From Selaginella moellendorffii (Eukaryota > Plantae > Lycopodiophyta): DNA of 64,000 bases. The notes below the pieces were generated by a model. It saw only the letters and a list, made by a program, of their open reading frames with translations, did not search any database and was not told where the DNA came from. This document shows, piece after piece, positions 25,180-35,795 of this stretch (its first letter is position 1; the number at the start of each line of letters is the position of its first letter). Position numbers and translations under genes: made by a program. The stretch is taken from NCBI RefSeq assembly GCF_000143415.4, contig NW_003314262.1, positions 151,710 through 215,709 on the forward strand. The letters are read 5' to 3'.

Positions 25180-25803
25180 TCTTGCATTAGTTTAACAAGA
25201 ACCCTTATGTATTAAGCACTATTCCCTCAATATCAATACATAATAGTTTATCTTATTTGCCAAGATACTATCACTATCATACCTTATATATTGGTTCTAT
25301 TCGATGTTATTAAATATTTATGGAAATAGAGGTAAAGGGTTCCAAATCTATAGTAGGTAGGTTAGGCATAGCCAACCAATCTTGAAGCATTGCATAACTT
25401 CCCACTAAGCATTCTTATCTTTGTTTTATGTTTGGCTTGGGTCTAATCCCAAATTTATATCCTTGAATTATACCACTGATATGCTAAAATAACATTAAAC
25501 TTTATTTGGCTCCGTTTTGCATGTTAATCTTGATATTGAGATATTACATGCTTTAAGATTGTTCCAATATGTTTTGTTCTTTCACTCATAAGGTTATACA
25601 CTTGGGAGTTGCTCCATATGCTAGTTCCTTCACTCCATAACTATATACTTGGAAGTTTGGCTTTATCCTTTCGTTTAGTGGCTTAAAGCTCTAAAACTCA
25701 AGTTTTGCTTCACTATTCTTGGCCATGTATCTAAGGGTTATAATTCCACTTTGTAGTTATCCTATAGTAAAAACTAGGGTGAAAGTTGTATATGCTAGCT
25801 ACA
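25180..25803 (+). mobile_element. Diverged solo-LTR-like repeat, inverted homolog of 14644-16105
   Basis: Shared blocks such as aacatgcaaaa(t/c)ggagccaaat, gccactaaa(t/c)gaaaggat and ataggataac; ends in ACA. Confidence 0.55.
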
Positions 25804-26397
25804 TGGGGGAAATTGTTTTTGCCAAAAACTGTTACACAATTGACATCAAGCCTCTGTAGATAATAGGAAGTGAGATCAAAGTTGACTATCCAATTATATT
25901 GGAAGTAGATATGAAGATGCTCTTCCAATGCTATAATTACGTCTTTGTATACATTAGTTGTATGGCCCATTAATTTCAATGTTTTCACTTTCATTTATTT
26001 TCCTACCATATGAAGTGAAAATTAATAATCTAAAAAAATGTTAATCCTTAACATTTGAAAAGAATTCTTATTTTCTTGAATTATATGTTCCTAGGGTGAT
26101 CAGATCATGCTCCAATGAACTAAATGCATATACAAGGTATAAATTTGTCAGATTTGCATTAACTATTTTTGTTCTTTTTGGAAAGATTTGTATTGCTTGA
26201 TTACAAGCTCATTATGGCTTTCATTGTTGTTTAGAAGCTACAAGAATTGCTTTTTTCTTGGGTCACATCCAGTTCAAGATCTTGCTAACTCGAGAGTGGT
26301 TGACTTAAGAATTGATATTTTCTTTCCTACAAATGCTAGGAATGTTGATTTTGATAAGATAGTGGTGAAACTTTAGATGGCACACTTACAAGCTGTG

Positions 26398-26541
26398 TAA
26401 TCACTAAAAATGAGCTCATTACCAATGCTGGGAACTACTCAAAAGATAAATGGTATTAATAATATGCTTCTGCTCTAATCACTGAGAATGAGCTCATCAC
26501 CAATGCTGGGAACCACTAAGATAAGTGGTATTAATAATATA
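26398..26541 (+). repeat. Two-copy tandem duplication, period ~79 bp
   Basis: taatcact...aatgagctcat(t/c)accaatgctgggaac...gataa(a/g)tggtattaataatat occurs twice. Confidence 0.9.
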
Positions 26542-26679
26542 GACCTGGAATCAAAGACATTTTTTTTTTGTTGGCTGGATGATTTTATGTAATATTTTTA
26601 AAATTCAACATTCTTTACAATTGTAATTTAACATTATCTATTGCAAAAGGTTTTCTACTTTTTCCAGCTTGTGACCTTC

Positions 26680-27650
26680 CATCCCTTTCTCCAGAGCCCA
26701 GAGCTTCATGAGCTTCCCATCAATTCATTGGAATGGCCCTTATGCAGCCAGACTTGTGCATGCCAGAATTGCAATAAGAAAAACCATGGTGTCTACACAC
26801 CTTCCATGCAACTACATCCTTGAGAAGAAATCCAAAGCCACCTTGACTTCACCATTTTGAGTGTATCCTAGTATAATTGTCATCCAGGAGCCAATATCTC
26901 AATATCTTAAAAAATTCTATAGGCCTCCACCATATTGCCAAACTTTGCATATATATCAACCATAGTGCTAGTGATGAATACATCAGACTTATAGCCACTA
27001 CAAGTCTAGAAACCTGGAAAAGCCTTTTCTTCTTGTCACTATGATCAGAGCTTTTGGTCTTGCTGCCAAGTTGCTAAAGGCCTTGAGCACTGCAACAAAT
27101 GCTTGACATGCATCCCTCACATTTCATGACAGAGAAGAAATATATGACCTTGTTCATTTAGGACATGCGTCAGGATCAAAATCATCCATGAAACGACATT
27201 TGGCTGGAGAATCCCTTGAAAGACTAAATGAGCTTCCTCAATTCTCCCATAATTTGCATAGAAAGTTATAAGCACATTACACATGTAGATGTCAGAAGAA
27301 ATCCATACCTGTTAGCTTGAGTATACAAATCCTAACCCATCTTGAGCAAAAATTCAACTGGAGCACGTGACAAAGCTTTATGAATTCAGGACACATCTCT
27401 TAGCAGTGGAATATCTCTAGAGATAGATATTTCTTACTACTCTCAACATAGCCAAGGATGAGAGACATCCACAAAGCAACACTATGCTGGTTGGCAACTA
27501 TTCATGCCCTTCGAAGATCCAAAGCACTTTCACTATGATTGCACACTTAGTATACATGTGAATCAGTGCATTCTCCACACCTGCATTCAAGGATTAGTTG
27601 AGCCAATTGAGCTCAATATGGATTTCCCTTCCCATTTGGACATGAGGAAT
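26680..27650 (-). pseudogene. Decayed PLS-class PPR gene fragment
   Basis: Minus-strand translations GYKSDVFITSTMVDIYAKFGNMVEAYRIF and VENALIHMYTKCA, interrupted by stops. Confidence 0.7.
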
Positions 27651-28699
27651 CAAGACTCCAGTAACATTTGAAAACTTAAAAAAACAATTAAAGTGTTACT
27701 TTTTTTAATCTGGGCCAGTGATTAGAAGTTTTCAATTTCAACCATTTTATCAAAAGAATATTCCTAGATAATATTCTAAAAATGAAATGCTAAATGCAAA
27801 TAACATTTTTGGTTTGCTTAAGAAAACCCATATGGTAGTGGATATACTTAGAATATGCTTGAATATTCTAGGATATTTTACCATCTAAAGGTCATTATTC
27901 ATTTAGATTAATCTTGTATTTATAATTAATAAACATATTTATAATTTATAAACTTGCTTAAACACTTTCTAGTATATTCTTTTTTATTCTACCATCTTAT
28001 GGTTGATATGCAATAAGATTAATCTTGTATTTATAATGATAAACATCTTTATAATTATAAACTTTTATTTGATCAATTAGATTAAAAAGTAGAACTAACA
28101 CTACTATTAAGTAAACCAAGCGTTGCTATATGCAACGTGTTGCAAATTATTAGATAAGAGAGTATGATATTAGGATTTTTTATATGGCAATAAAATTATA
28201 TAATTAAAGTATCAAAACTCCTTCAATATGATTTATATCACTTCTGCAATTTCTTAATGGTAGTAATTACGTGCTTCTTCCCAATCTGTCAAGAGAATTT
28301 GTTTTTATATAAAAAATAAAAGGATGTCTAAGCTCTAATACTTACTCAACAAAATTGAGAAAAAGACTTTAACATTCAAGTTGGCACCTCCAACTATGTA
28401 ATAGAAACAATTCTTTCATAACAACAAAAAGACTTAAAATATGTCATCTGAAAACTTAACTCAGCTAAAATGGACTACACCACTGATCCTCACTTGATAA
28501 AATTGTATAATGGTTCTTACTACTTCAAGAATACAATTTCAAAATCATTTATAAGCTTAACAAACAACATGAACAAGCTGACTATAAAATTGTCAACCTC
28601 AATAAACTCAAGAAATATTGATCAATCAACGCAAACTTCATCAACAACAATCTTGAAAGAAGTGAAGGTTACAATCATGACACTCTAGAATTCAAAATA

Positions 28700-29650
28700 A
28701 AATGGTGGGGCAAGGGACTTTGCCCCACAATCAAAATCCTATGGAAATCAATTGAAAAATTATAACTCAAAGACTTTTCAACCAGAAACAAGAATTAAAG
28801 ACACAAGAATCTCTACAATAAACACACAGAAGATTAGAGACAAACAAGCCCTCTCAAGTTTACAACCAGAAGAATGAGAAAACTCAAGATAAAGACTCAA
28901 TGGGGAAACAAAGACGCATAGCAGCAGGTCCCTCACAAAGGAGTTCTACCTTGATCGAGACCTATTGACTTCTAGTGAGGAGTTAGGTCTTCTCTCACCA
29001 TGCAACCCTACTTGGAAGAACACCAAAAAGCTCAATTCATAGCTTTCTGAAGTTGGGTTCTATGATTTTTGGAGAGGGACTACAACATTGCTGTGGCCAA
29101 GAAGGTCCTCCTGGCATTTAAGGCAGAGATGGTATGCGCTAGTGACTGCAAGTATCTCCTCACTGCTGAATACTTTGGAAGCTTCCAACTAGAGTAGAGT
29201 GCATCACATCGATTCCATGCAAGAAGAGCATTCCACCCGAATGCATCAAAGTCTTGGAAAACAACAATAGCAGTGATTCTCTCCAAATGAGCAAAGTCAC
29301 CAATGAAGCCAAGCCACGATTGAAGTTCTTGGTCTCCACACTACAATGTCCACTCTTGTTCCATGCTGCAAGTTGTAATAGAGGATAGTGGACTTGAGCA
29401 CTTCACGAAGAAAGTTCAACAAGGAAATCCTTTCAGCAGCGAGGACAGTACGTGACGGCCATGACTCTGAGACTCTCATGCTTCCATACATCATGTCGCT
29501 CTTCCCAGCACTCGACTCAGTCATCCCTCGCAAGTCTTCTTGAGTTTCTTTGTTTCTGGAGTTTTGTTGCGATGTCTTCGATTTGCACTTTGGTGGCATT
29601 GTTGTGTTCCTTGAGCTTCTTTGCTGGTGGAGTCAGTGCTGGTAGTAAGC
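28700..29650 (-). mobile_element. Possible retrotransposon gag/leader remnant
   Basis: Broken ORFs beginning PPKCKSK... and a compositional change; no diagnostic motif found. Confidence 0.25.
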
Positions 29651-29694
29651 TAGTGGTCAACACTTTAACATTGGGAAATAAAATTTAATGTCAA

Positions 29695-30433
29695 CCGAGA
29701 TTTAGGGTTTGGCGATGGCTGCTGATAGATGCGCGCGGCGATCTCCAGAAGCGGCGTGGACGATGCGTGCCGGAGCTACGCGCGCCTCCTCAAGGAATGC
29801 GGTAGGCTGGGGGATTTGGCGCAGGGCAAGCGCCTCCACGCGCAGATCCGCGAATCAGGGCTCCTGCTCGACGATCGCGAGGAGAGCGGCGCGCGATTCC
29901 TGGGCAACTGCCTCGTCCAAATGTATGGCAAATGCGGCAGGACTGACGAGGCGCAGCGCGCATTCGACTCCATCGCGCACAAGAACATCTTCTCCTGGAC
30001 GTCGATTCTCGTGGCGTACTTCCACGCGGGCCTCCATGCCCAGGCGCTGGAGAGATTCCACCAGATGATCAAGGCCGGCGTGGAGCCCGACCGACTTGTG
30101 TTCCTGGCGGCTCTCAACGTGTGTGGCATCCTCAAGCGGCTCGAAGACGGTGCCGGGATCCATCGCCAGATCCAAGACAAGCTGCTGGATTCCGATTTGG
30201 AGATCGGGAATGCGCTGGTCAGCATGTATGGGAAGTGTGGGAGGCTGGATCTCGCCAAAGAGCTCTTCGATTGTTTGGAGAATGGGAGGAGAAGAGAGAC
30301 TTGGGGGCTTCTTCGATCCATGGCGGTGGAAGGGATAAAGCCGGACAAGCTTTTGCTCCTCACGCTGCTCAACGTTTGCTCCAGCCGGGGAGTTTTGGAC
30401 GAGGATAGCTGGATGGCTCACGACTATATCGTC
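29695..30433 (+). pseudogene. Truncated duplicate of the 5' end of the DYW-PPR gene (38901-39687)
   Basis: About 98% identical, with a 48-bp in-frame deletion between GGAGA repeats; breaks at HDYIV and runs into NAT intron sequence (ORF 29729..30460). Confidence 0.95.
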
Positions 30434-31280
30434 AAACAAAAAGAAACGATCGAGTCTTAAACTACACCTTGAAAAAATACCCCAGAGTGCACTGAAGCCA
30501 AGGACTATCTGGAGAATGGAGGCACAGATGAGAGCTCCCTGGATAGCTTTCATCGAGTGAAGAAACCTCTGAGAAGAACGATGGAAAACAAAACAAAATA
30601 CCACTTTCAGGGTCAGCTTTGGATCAGAAGAAAGAAAAATGGATTTTTTTTTGTACCTCGCGATCGTCTGTGATGGCTCGCAGCTTGGGAGAGTTGATGA
30701 TGCTGAATATGGGGAGAATGTAAGCGTAGGAGCCCCCCACAATGGCCGGAAGCCTGGTTCCAAGGAAGGACCATTTTGATCTTCTCCGTGATGAAACCAC
30801 TCAATCGCTCGATCGATCGCTCGACCGCTGCTCGCAGCTTTGCTCGTCTCTTCCTTTCTTCCTTGCGGCAGAAGAAACAAAAACAAATCTAAAGAGGAAG
30901 ATAGTGCCACCGTAGGGAACTCGCGTCTTCTGTCTTACCGTAACTAGTGGTACTGTTACATCGTAAGCCGGGTCGGCATTTCGTGGCGGAATGTCGAGAG
31001 GCAACGCGACTGGATCTTTTGGTGGGGATATTCCGGGCTAGCGTTACGGGTTAAAGTAATCATCAGCGAATTCTTTCAACGGTAACTTTCGACGCGAGCC
31101 AAAGATCGAGAAAATTAAATCCTTGCATGGTTTTTACGGCGGCCAACTTTTCCAAGATATGAATATCGGGCTCTGTGATGTCGATGAATCGCAATATTTA
31201 TTTTGATGCATGTAAGCAGAGCATGAGCATGAAATTTAACAGTGACAAAATGCTACTTTATCAACTTTCTGGCATCTGGA
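30434..31280 (-). pseudogene. Truncated duplicate of the NAT 5' region and promoter (567-1900), lacking 907-1366
   Basis: Same orientation and sequence as 567-906 plus 1367-1900; the ATG is fused out of frame to mid exon 3. Confidence 0.95.
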
Positions 31281-31339
31281 ATCTCTAAGCATTCCTATTT
31301 CGTTTTGTAGTTTTATAATATAAATTTAGCTAGCTTAGC

Positions 31340-33841
31340 TTAGCGTGCTTCCAGAAACGACTGTGTCTCGAGAGGAATGGAGCTCGAGTTACCAGTTCCA
31401 GCTTCGTGATCAAGTGGTGTTGGAAATGGTGGAACCGCAACCTCGGAGCTGTTGTCCTCGAGCATCTGGATAACCCGGCTCATGCTGGGCCTCAAATTCG
31501 CATCGAGCTGGATGCACCAGAACGCAGTCTTGAGCATCCTCTCAAACTGGCTCCACTCGACACTCGTGACAAGCTTTGGATCCACAATGCTCTCAAACTC
31601 TCCCGCCATGTACTTCTGGAAAGCCCACACGGAGAAAGAAGTGTTCTGGCCGGATCTTGACTTGTCATGGCCGCTTAGAAGCTCGAGCAGCACCATTCCG
31701 TAGCTGTAGACGTCCACTTTGGTGGTGATGGGCCGATTGCTGATCCACTCGGGCGCCAAGTATCCTCGAGTTCCTCGGATGGTGGTCACGTTGAGAGCCA
31801 TCTCCCTCTTGGTCAGCTTTGCAAGGCCAAAGTCCGCCACCTTTGGGCACAAGTTTTGGTCGAGGAGGATGTTTTGTGGCTTGATGTCGCAGTGGAGAAT
31901 GCACTCGTAGCACTCCTCATGCAAGTAGGTGATGCCCCTTGCAATGCCCATAGCAATGGAGTATCTGAACAAGAGAGTGAGTTTAACCTTAGGACTTTGC
32001 GATTTTCTATGACAATACCTGGTTTTCCAAGGAGCTCTTATCGACGTCAACACTTTGTCCAGCGATCCATTGGTCATGTACTCGTAAACCAGAACCCTGT
32101 GGCTGCCCTCGACACAGTAGCCCAAGAGTTTAACCAAGTTGACGTGATGAATCGTTCCAAGAGTGGCAACCTCGGCTTTGAACTGGTTTTCTCCGTGAGT
32201 GGCAACCTCTAGAGTCTTCACAGCCACCACTGTTTTGTCCGGAAGGACACCCTTGTAGACACTCCCAAATCCACCGGAGCCGAGTTTGTGACGGAAGTTC
32301 CCAGTAGCAATTTCCAGTTGCTCGTATGAGAATCTCGTCGGCCCATGGTGATCACCAGCATGTTTGTTCCACATTTTCTTGTTAGATCTTCGCCAACACA
32401 TCGACGTTGCTATCACAACGCAGCACAGGATCACAAATTCCCCCACCGCCACACCAAACACGAGTGCTCGAGAAGCCGTGAAGAACTTGGTGCCGCTAGA
32501 CTTGCGACTGTCCGCTTGATATAGATCGCTGGCATTCATGCTCGTGACAAAGAGGTTTTTCATGTCGTTTGGATCGGCTTGTGCGCGTGTGTCCGAGGCC
32601 GAGAGTTTGATGAGAGCGATGGATGCCTTTTGTGGCGACTGGACAATGTTGTATGGAGTGCTGCCACCTTTCCTTAGCCGGCATTGCCCCGAGCCGTCAA
32701 GCGTGTAGGCAGCACCAACGCACTGGCAATCGTCCAAGCAAAGTTTCTTGCACTGCTCCAAGGACATGCTGGAGTTTAAACCGACGATGTAACCACTTCC
32801 AAGAAAATCGGCTCGAGCTAGCTCCACCATCTTGCTGTTGCTACAGTTCAATGGAAAGTTGTAGCTGCATCCCGGAAAATCGCCATCGAGCTGACCACTG
32901 CTCCTATCACGTACAGTATGAAATCCTGGGGGGCAAACGCACGACTTCCTGGGCTGGTACTTGCAAAGCCCGAAATTTCCACACGTCCCAAACACATCGC
33001 ACTCGAGCAGTAGCGATTGCCACACAACTCTCCAGAGAGATCTCTCTCCATATGTGCTGTAGCTCCGCAAAGTTCCATTCTTTTCCAGCGTGAGCCTCCG
33101 CAAGACGCTGCTGTTTCCGTAGTCTATCGGGTACCGCTGCGCGTTGTCATACTTGTAGCGATACCAAGAGCTTCCATTTGCGTCGAAAAACTCGAGACTT
33201 CCATTCCTGTTGAAGGTGAGCCTGGGGATGGAGTTTTTCATCGTCACGTCAAGATCCTTGTTGAGAACACTCCAGTAGGATTCATTCGCTGAAAAGCCAT
33301 CAAAGTAGAGGCCAACACTGCTCTTATTCATGCTCAGTCTATACTTTCCGGAGACCAGCGTCATGTTTCCAACCAGATCTTGCTCGGGAAGAATTGTATC
33401 TGTTGGTGAGTCGAAGCTCTGCCAGAGCCTTGTTCCATTGCCGAGCAGCACAAGGTTTCCATTTTCCTCCAGAGAAGCTACGGTGACAGAGCAACGATTG
33501 TTGCATCGCAGATTTGAAGTCCACACGGGCTTGGAAGCGTCTGTGACGACGAGACCAGTTGCGGTGAGCTCGAGAACTCCATTTCTGCTTACGCTTACTC
33601 TCTCTTTCGTGCTTGCGCCATTGTCTAGCGTGGCTTCCCAGACGACAGTTCCTGTGCTTTGGTACCAAATTGCGAGAGTGGACATACCACTAGTAGTGCT
33701 GTAGAAGCCGAATGCGAAAGTGTTCCCACGAGAAATCCATGGTGGGTTTCCGGCACTGAGCTTTTCTCCCAGTTGAACTGCTCTGGAAGATAGAACGGAT
33801 GAGAGTGTAGCGATCAGCACTAGGGAAAGAGCTTTTGCCAT
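31340..33841 (-). CDS. G-type lectin S-domain receptor-like kinase (non-RD) with one probable 54-bp intron at 31965-32018
   Basis: ATG at 33841 (MAKALSLVLIA signal peptide); B-lectin, EGF, PAN, TM; kinase with HCDIKPQN and GTRGYLAPEW; GT...CAG insert in the kinase domain. Confidence 0.95.
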   Translation of the reverse strand: MAKALSLVLIATLSSVLSSRAVQLGEKLSAGNPPWISRGNTFAFGFYSTTSGMSTLAIWYQSTGTVVWEATLDNGASTKERVSVSRNGVLELTATGLVVTDASKPVWTSNLRCNNRCSVTVASLEENGNLVLLGNGTRLWQSFDSPTDTILPEQDLVGNMTLVSGKYRLSMNKSSVGLYFDGFSANESYWSVLNKDLDVTMKNSIPRLTFNRNGSLEFFDANGSSWYRYKYDNAQRYPIDYGNSSVLRRLTLEKNGTLRSYSTYGERSLWRVVWQSLLLECDVFGTCGNFGLCKYQPRKSCVCPPGFHTVRDRSSGQLDGDFPGCSYNFPLNCSNSKMVELARADFLGSGYIVGLNSSMSLEQCKKLCLDDCQCVGAAYTLDGSGQCRLRKGGSTPYNIVQSPQKASIALIKLSASDTRAQADPNDMKNLFVTSMNASDLYQADSRKSSGTKFFTASRALVFGVAVGEFVILCCVVIATSMCWRRSNKKMWNKHAGDHHGPTRFSYEQLEIATGNFRHKLGSGGFGSVYKGVLPDKTVVAVKTLEVATHGENQFKAEVATLGTIHHVNLVKLLGYCVEGSHRVLVYEYMTNGSLDKVLTSIRAPWKTRYCHRKSQSPKVKLTLLFRYSIAMGIARGITYLHEECYECILHCDIKPQNILLDQNLCPKVADFGLAKLTKREMALNVTTIRGTRGYLAPEWISNRPITTKVDVYSYGMVLLELLSGHDKSRSGQNTSFSVWAFQKYMAGEFESIVDPKLVTSVEWSQFERMLKTAFWCIQLDANLRPSMSRVIQMLEDNSSEVAVPPFPTPLDHEAGTGNSSSIPLETQSFLEAR

Positions 33842-34254
33842 AGTTCCAGTGAAGAACAAAGATAAGGCACTGACCTTGAGTATTTACACAATACCATCTG
33901 CCGTGTTAGACTAGCAACCTGGAACTTGGAAAAAGCCAAAACATAATGCAGGCCATCTCGCTCGAGAAGGCCCACACAAAGCGAGTCAAGTCTTTGGAAT
34001 ATTCACTAGATCAGTCTAGATGAAGGTCCACAAGCTGAGATCTTGTTCCAAGCTACAGATATAAGATTCCCACAAACCACTCTCTCTGCCGTGTCAAACA
34101 CTTCCACCTTGTCAAAGATGGGCCCCATTGTTTTTGCTTTTGAAGAAGTGCGTCTGTGACGACGATGACTCGCTTTAGAGCACGTCTAGTCTTCAAGAGA
34201 TGTACCTTAGTTAACACGGGTGGCTTGTTTGACTCCCTCTTCTGGCTTGCTATC
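33842..34254. promoter_or_regulatory. 413-bp bidirectional promoter with W-boxes
   Basis: Head-to-head ATGs at 33841 and 34255; AGTCAA at 33984, TTGACT at 34229, two TGTCAA cores near 34092-34115. Confidence 0.55.
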
Positions 34255-35736
34255 ATGGAAGGAGTAACAATCTTTGCCGTCTCCACCACTCTGCTGCTAC
34301 ATTTCTATCTCTTGGCATTGAATTTTGTTCGCGCGGAGTCAGGTGATATCCACCTCGGCCAAGGCATTGAAGTTGGAGAGTCTTGGGTTTCGGAGGGACG
34401 CATTTTTGCTGTAGGTTTCAAGTCGATCGCTGACAGTAAGCGCTTCAGCCTCGCGATTTGGTATGTGTTTGACCCCGATACGATAGTTTGGACAGCCAAG
34501 TCCCTCGGCAGCGATCAGCCACTTCTTGTCACTGAAGATGCGAATCTTATCCTCACCAACGATGCACTTCTTGTCAACCAGGGAAGCGCAGAAAATGTTC
34601 AATCTGTGTGGAAGACAGTGATTATCTCATGTGATCAGTGCATCTCCAAGGCCAGGATGTCCGACACTGGAAGCTTCATGATGCTTGATGCCCACGATGG
34701 AATACTGTGGCAAAGCTTTGATTCTCCAACCAACACCCTCCTTCCTAACCAACAGCTCGTCGGATCAATGACCCTTGAGGCAGGAAAGTATAGCTTGGAA
34801 CTTAATCCCATTCAAGTCATGCTCCGATACAAGGAATATCTCACACAGCCATACTGGACCATCACCAACACCAACTTATCTATTGTCAACATTTCCAGTC
34901 TTGACATACTCCCTCGGTTCAACATGAGTGGTGATGGCGTTCTCACTTTCTACGACGGCACTGGGAACTCTTGGGACAGTTCTACGATCTATGCAATTGA
35001 CCACAAGGGCAGTAGTGTTCTTACTAGGAGGCTCACTCTGGATGCCGATGGAAGCCTTAAGATGTTTAGTGTGGATCGCAATTCTTCGTCATGGATCACA
35101 GTTTGGACAGCTGTGTTTATGGAGTGTGACATATTCGGAGCTTGTGGGCAGTTTGGGATTTGTACCTATACACCTGAAAAGACTTGCAGATGCCCTCCAG
35201 GATTTCACAGGATCAATGAAACTGATCCCTTAGCTGGATGTGCTTACGACATTCCTTTGCATTGCAACGCAACCAATAACAAGTTTGTTCGTATTTACCG
35301 GGCAGATTACCCCTGGAATGACTACAACTTTGATGCTAAGCTTGTCATGCCCCTTCAAGGTTGCATGGAAAGTTGTTTGAAGGATTGCAACTGTTTGGCA
35401 GCTGCTTACAAATATCAAGGGACAGACCTCTGCTTTCACAAGGGAAATGCTGGGAAGCTTTTCAATGGCATCCAGACAGCATTTCTAGAAAACTTTGTTC
35501 TTCTCAAAGTGGCAGGAGAATCACAAGTTGAAGGTTTTGCATACTCAGGTGATCTGAACAATATTGATGCTTTTGTCACAGATACAGAAGAAATAATGTT
35601 AGTTTATGGAAGTAGGACCCCAAAAAACAGCACCAGTCGAAAGCATATATATTATGCTCTCTTGGCAATTGCAATTACAGAAGGAGTTTTTATACTTGCA
35701 ATCACTATGGTCTGGATGATAAAAATGAAGAATTAA
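34255..35736 (+). CDS. Kinase-less S-domain receptor-like protein (signal peptide, B-lectin, EGF, PAN, TM, very short basic tail), 493 aa
   Basis: Uninterrupted ORF with WQSFDSPTNTLLP, CDIFGACGQFGIC and CLKDCNCLAA; TM IYYALLAIAITEGVFILAITMVWMI followed by KMKN-stop; the next gene ends 59 bp away. Confidence 0.88.
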   Translation: MEGVTIFAVSTTLLLHFYLLALNFVRAESGDIHLGQGIEVGESWVSEGRIFAVGFKSIADSKRFSLAIWYVFDPDTIVWTAKSLGSDQPLLVTEDANLILTNDALLVNQGSAENVQSVWKTVIISCDQCISKARMSDTGSFMMLDAHDGILWQSFDSPTNTLLPNQQLVGSMTLEAGKYSLELNPIQVMLRYKEYLTQPYWTITNTNLSIVNISSLDILPRFNMSGDGVLTFYDGTGNSWDSSTIYAIDHKGSSVLTRRLTLDADGSLKMFSVDRNSSSWITVWTAVFMECDIFGACGQFGICTYTPEKTCRCPPGFHRINETDPLAGCAYDIPLHCNATNNKFVRIYRADYPWNDYNFDAKLVMPLQGCMESCLKDCNCLAAAYKYQGTDLCFHKGNAGKLFNGIQTAFLENFVLLKVAGESQVEGFAYSGDLNNIDAFVTDTEEIMLVYGSRTPKNSTSRKHIYYALLAIAITEGVFILAITMVWMIKMKN

Positions 35737-35795
35737 ATTCAATACACTATATTATTTGCAATTACTTTTCAGCAAGAACTACATGTTTTAAAATC

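Noticed and set aside
29855-30910. 351-aa minus-strand ORF as a new fusion protein
   Set aside because: Non-ATG start and a patchwork of UTR, out-of-frame exon, intron and antisense PPR; no coherent product.
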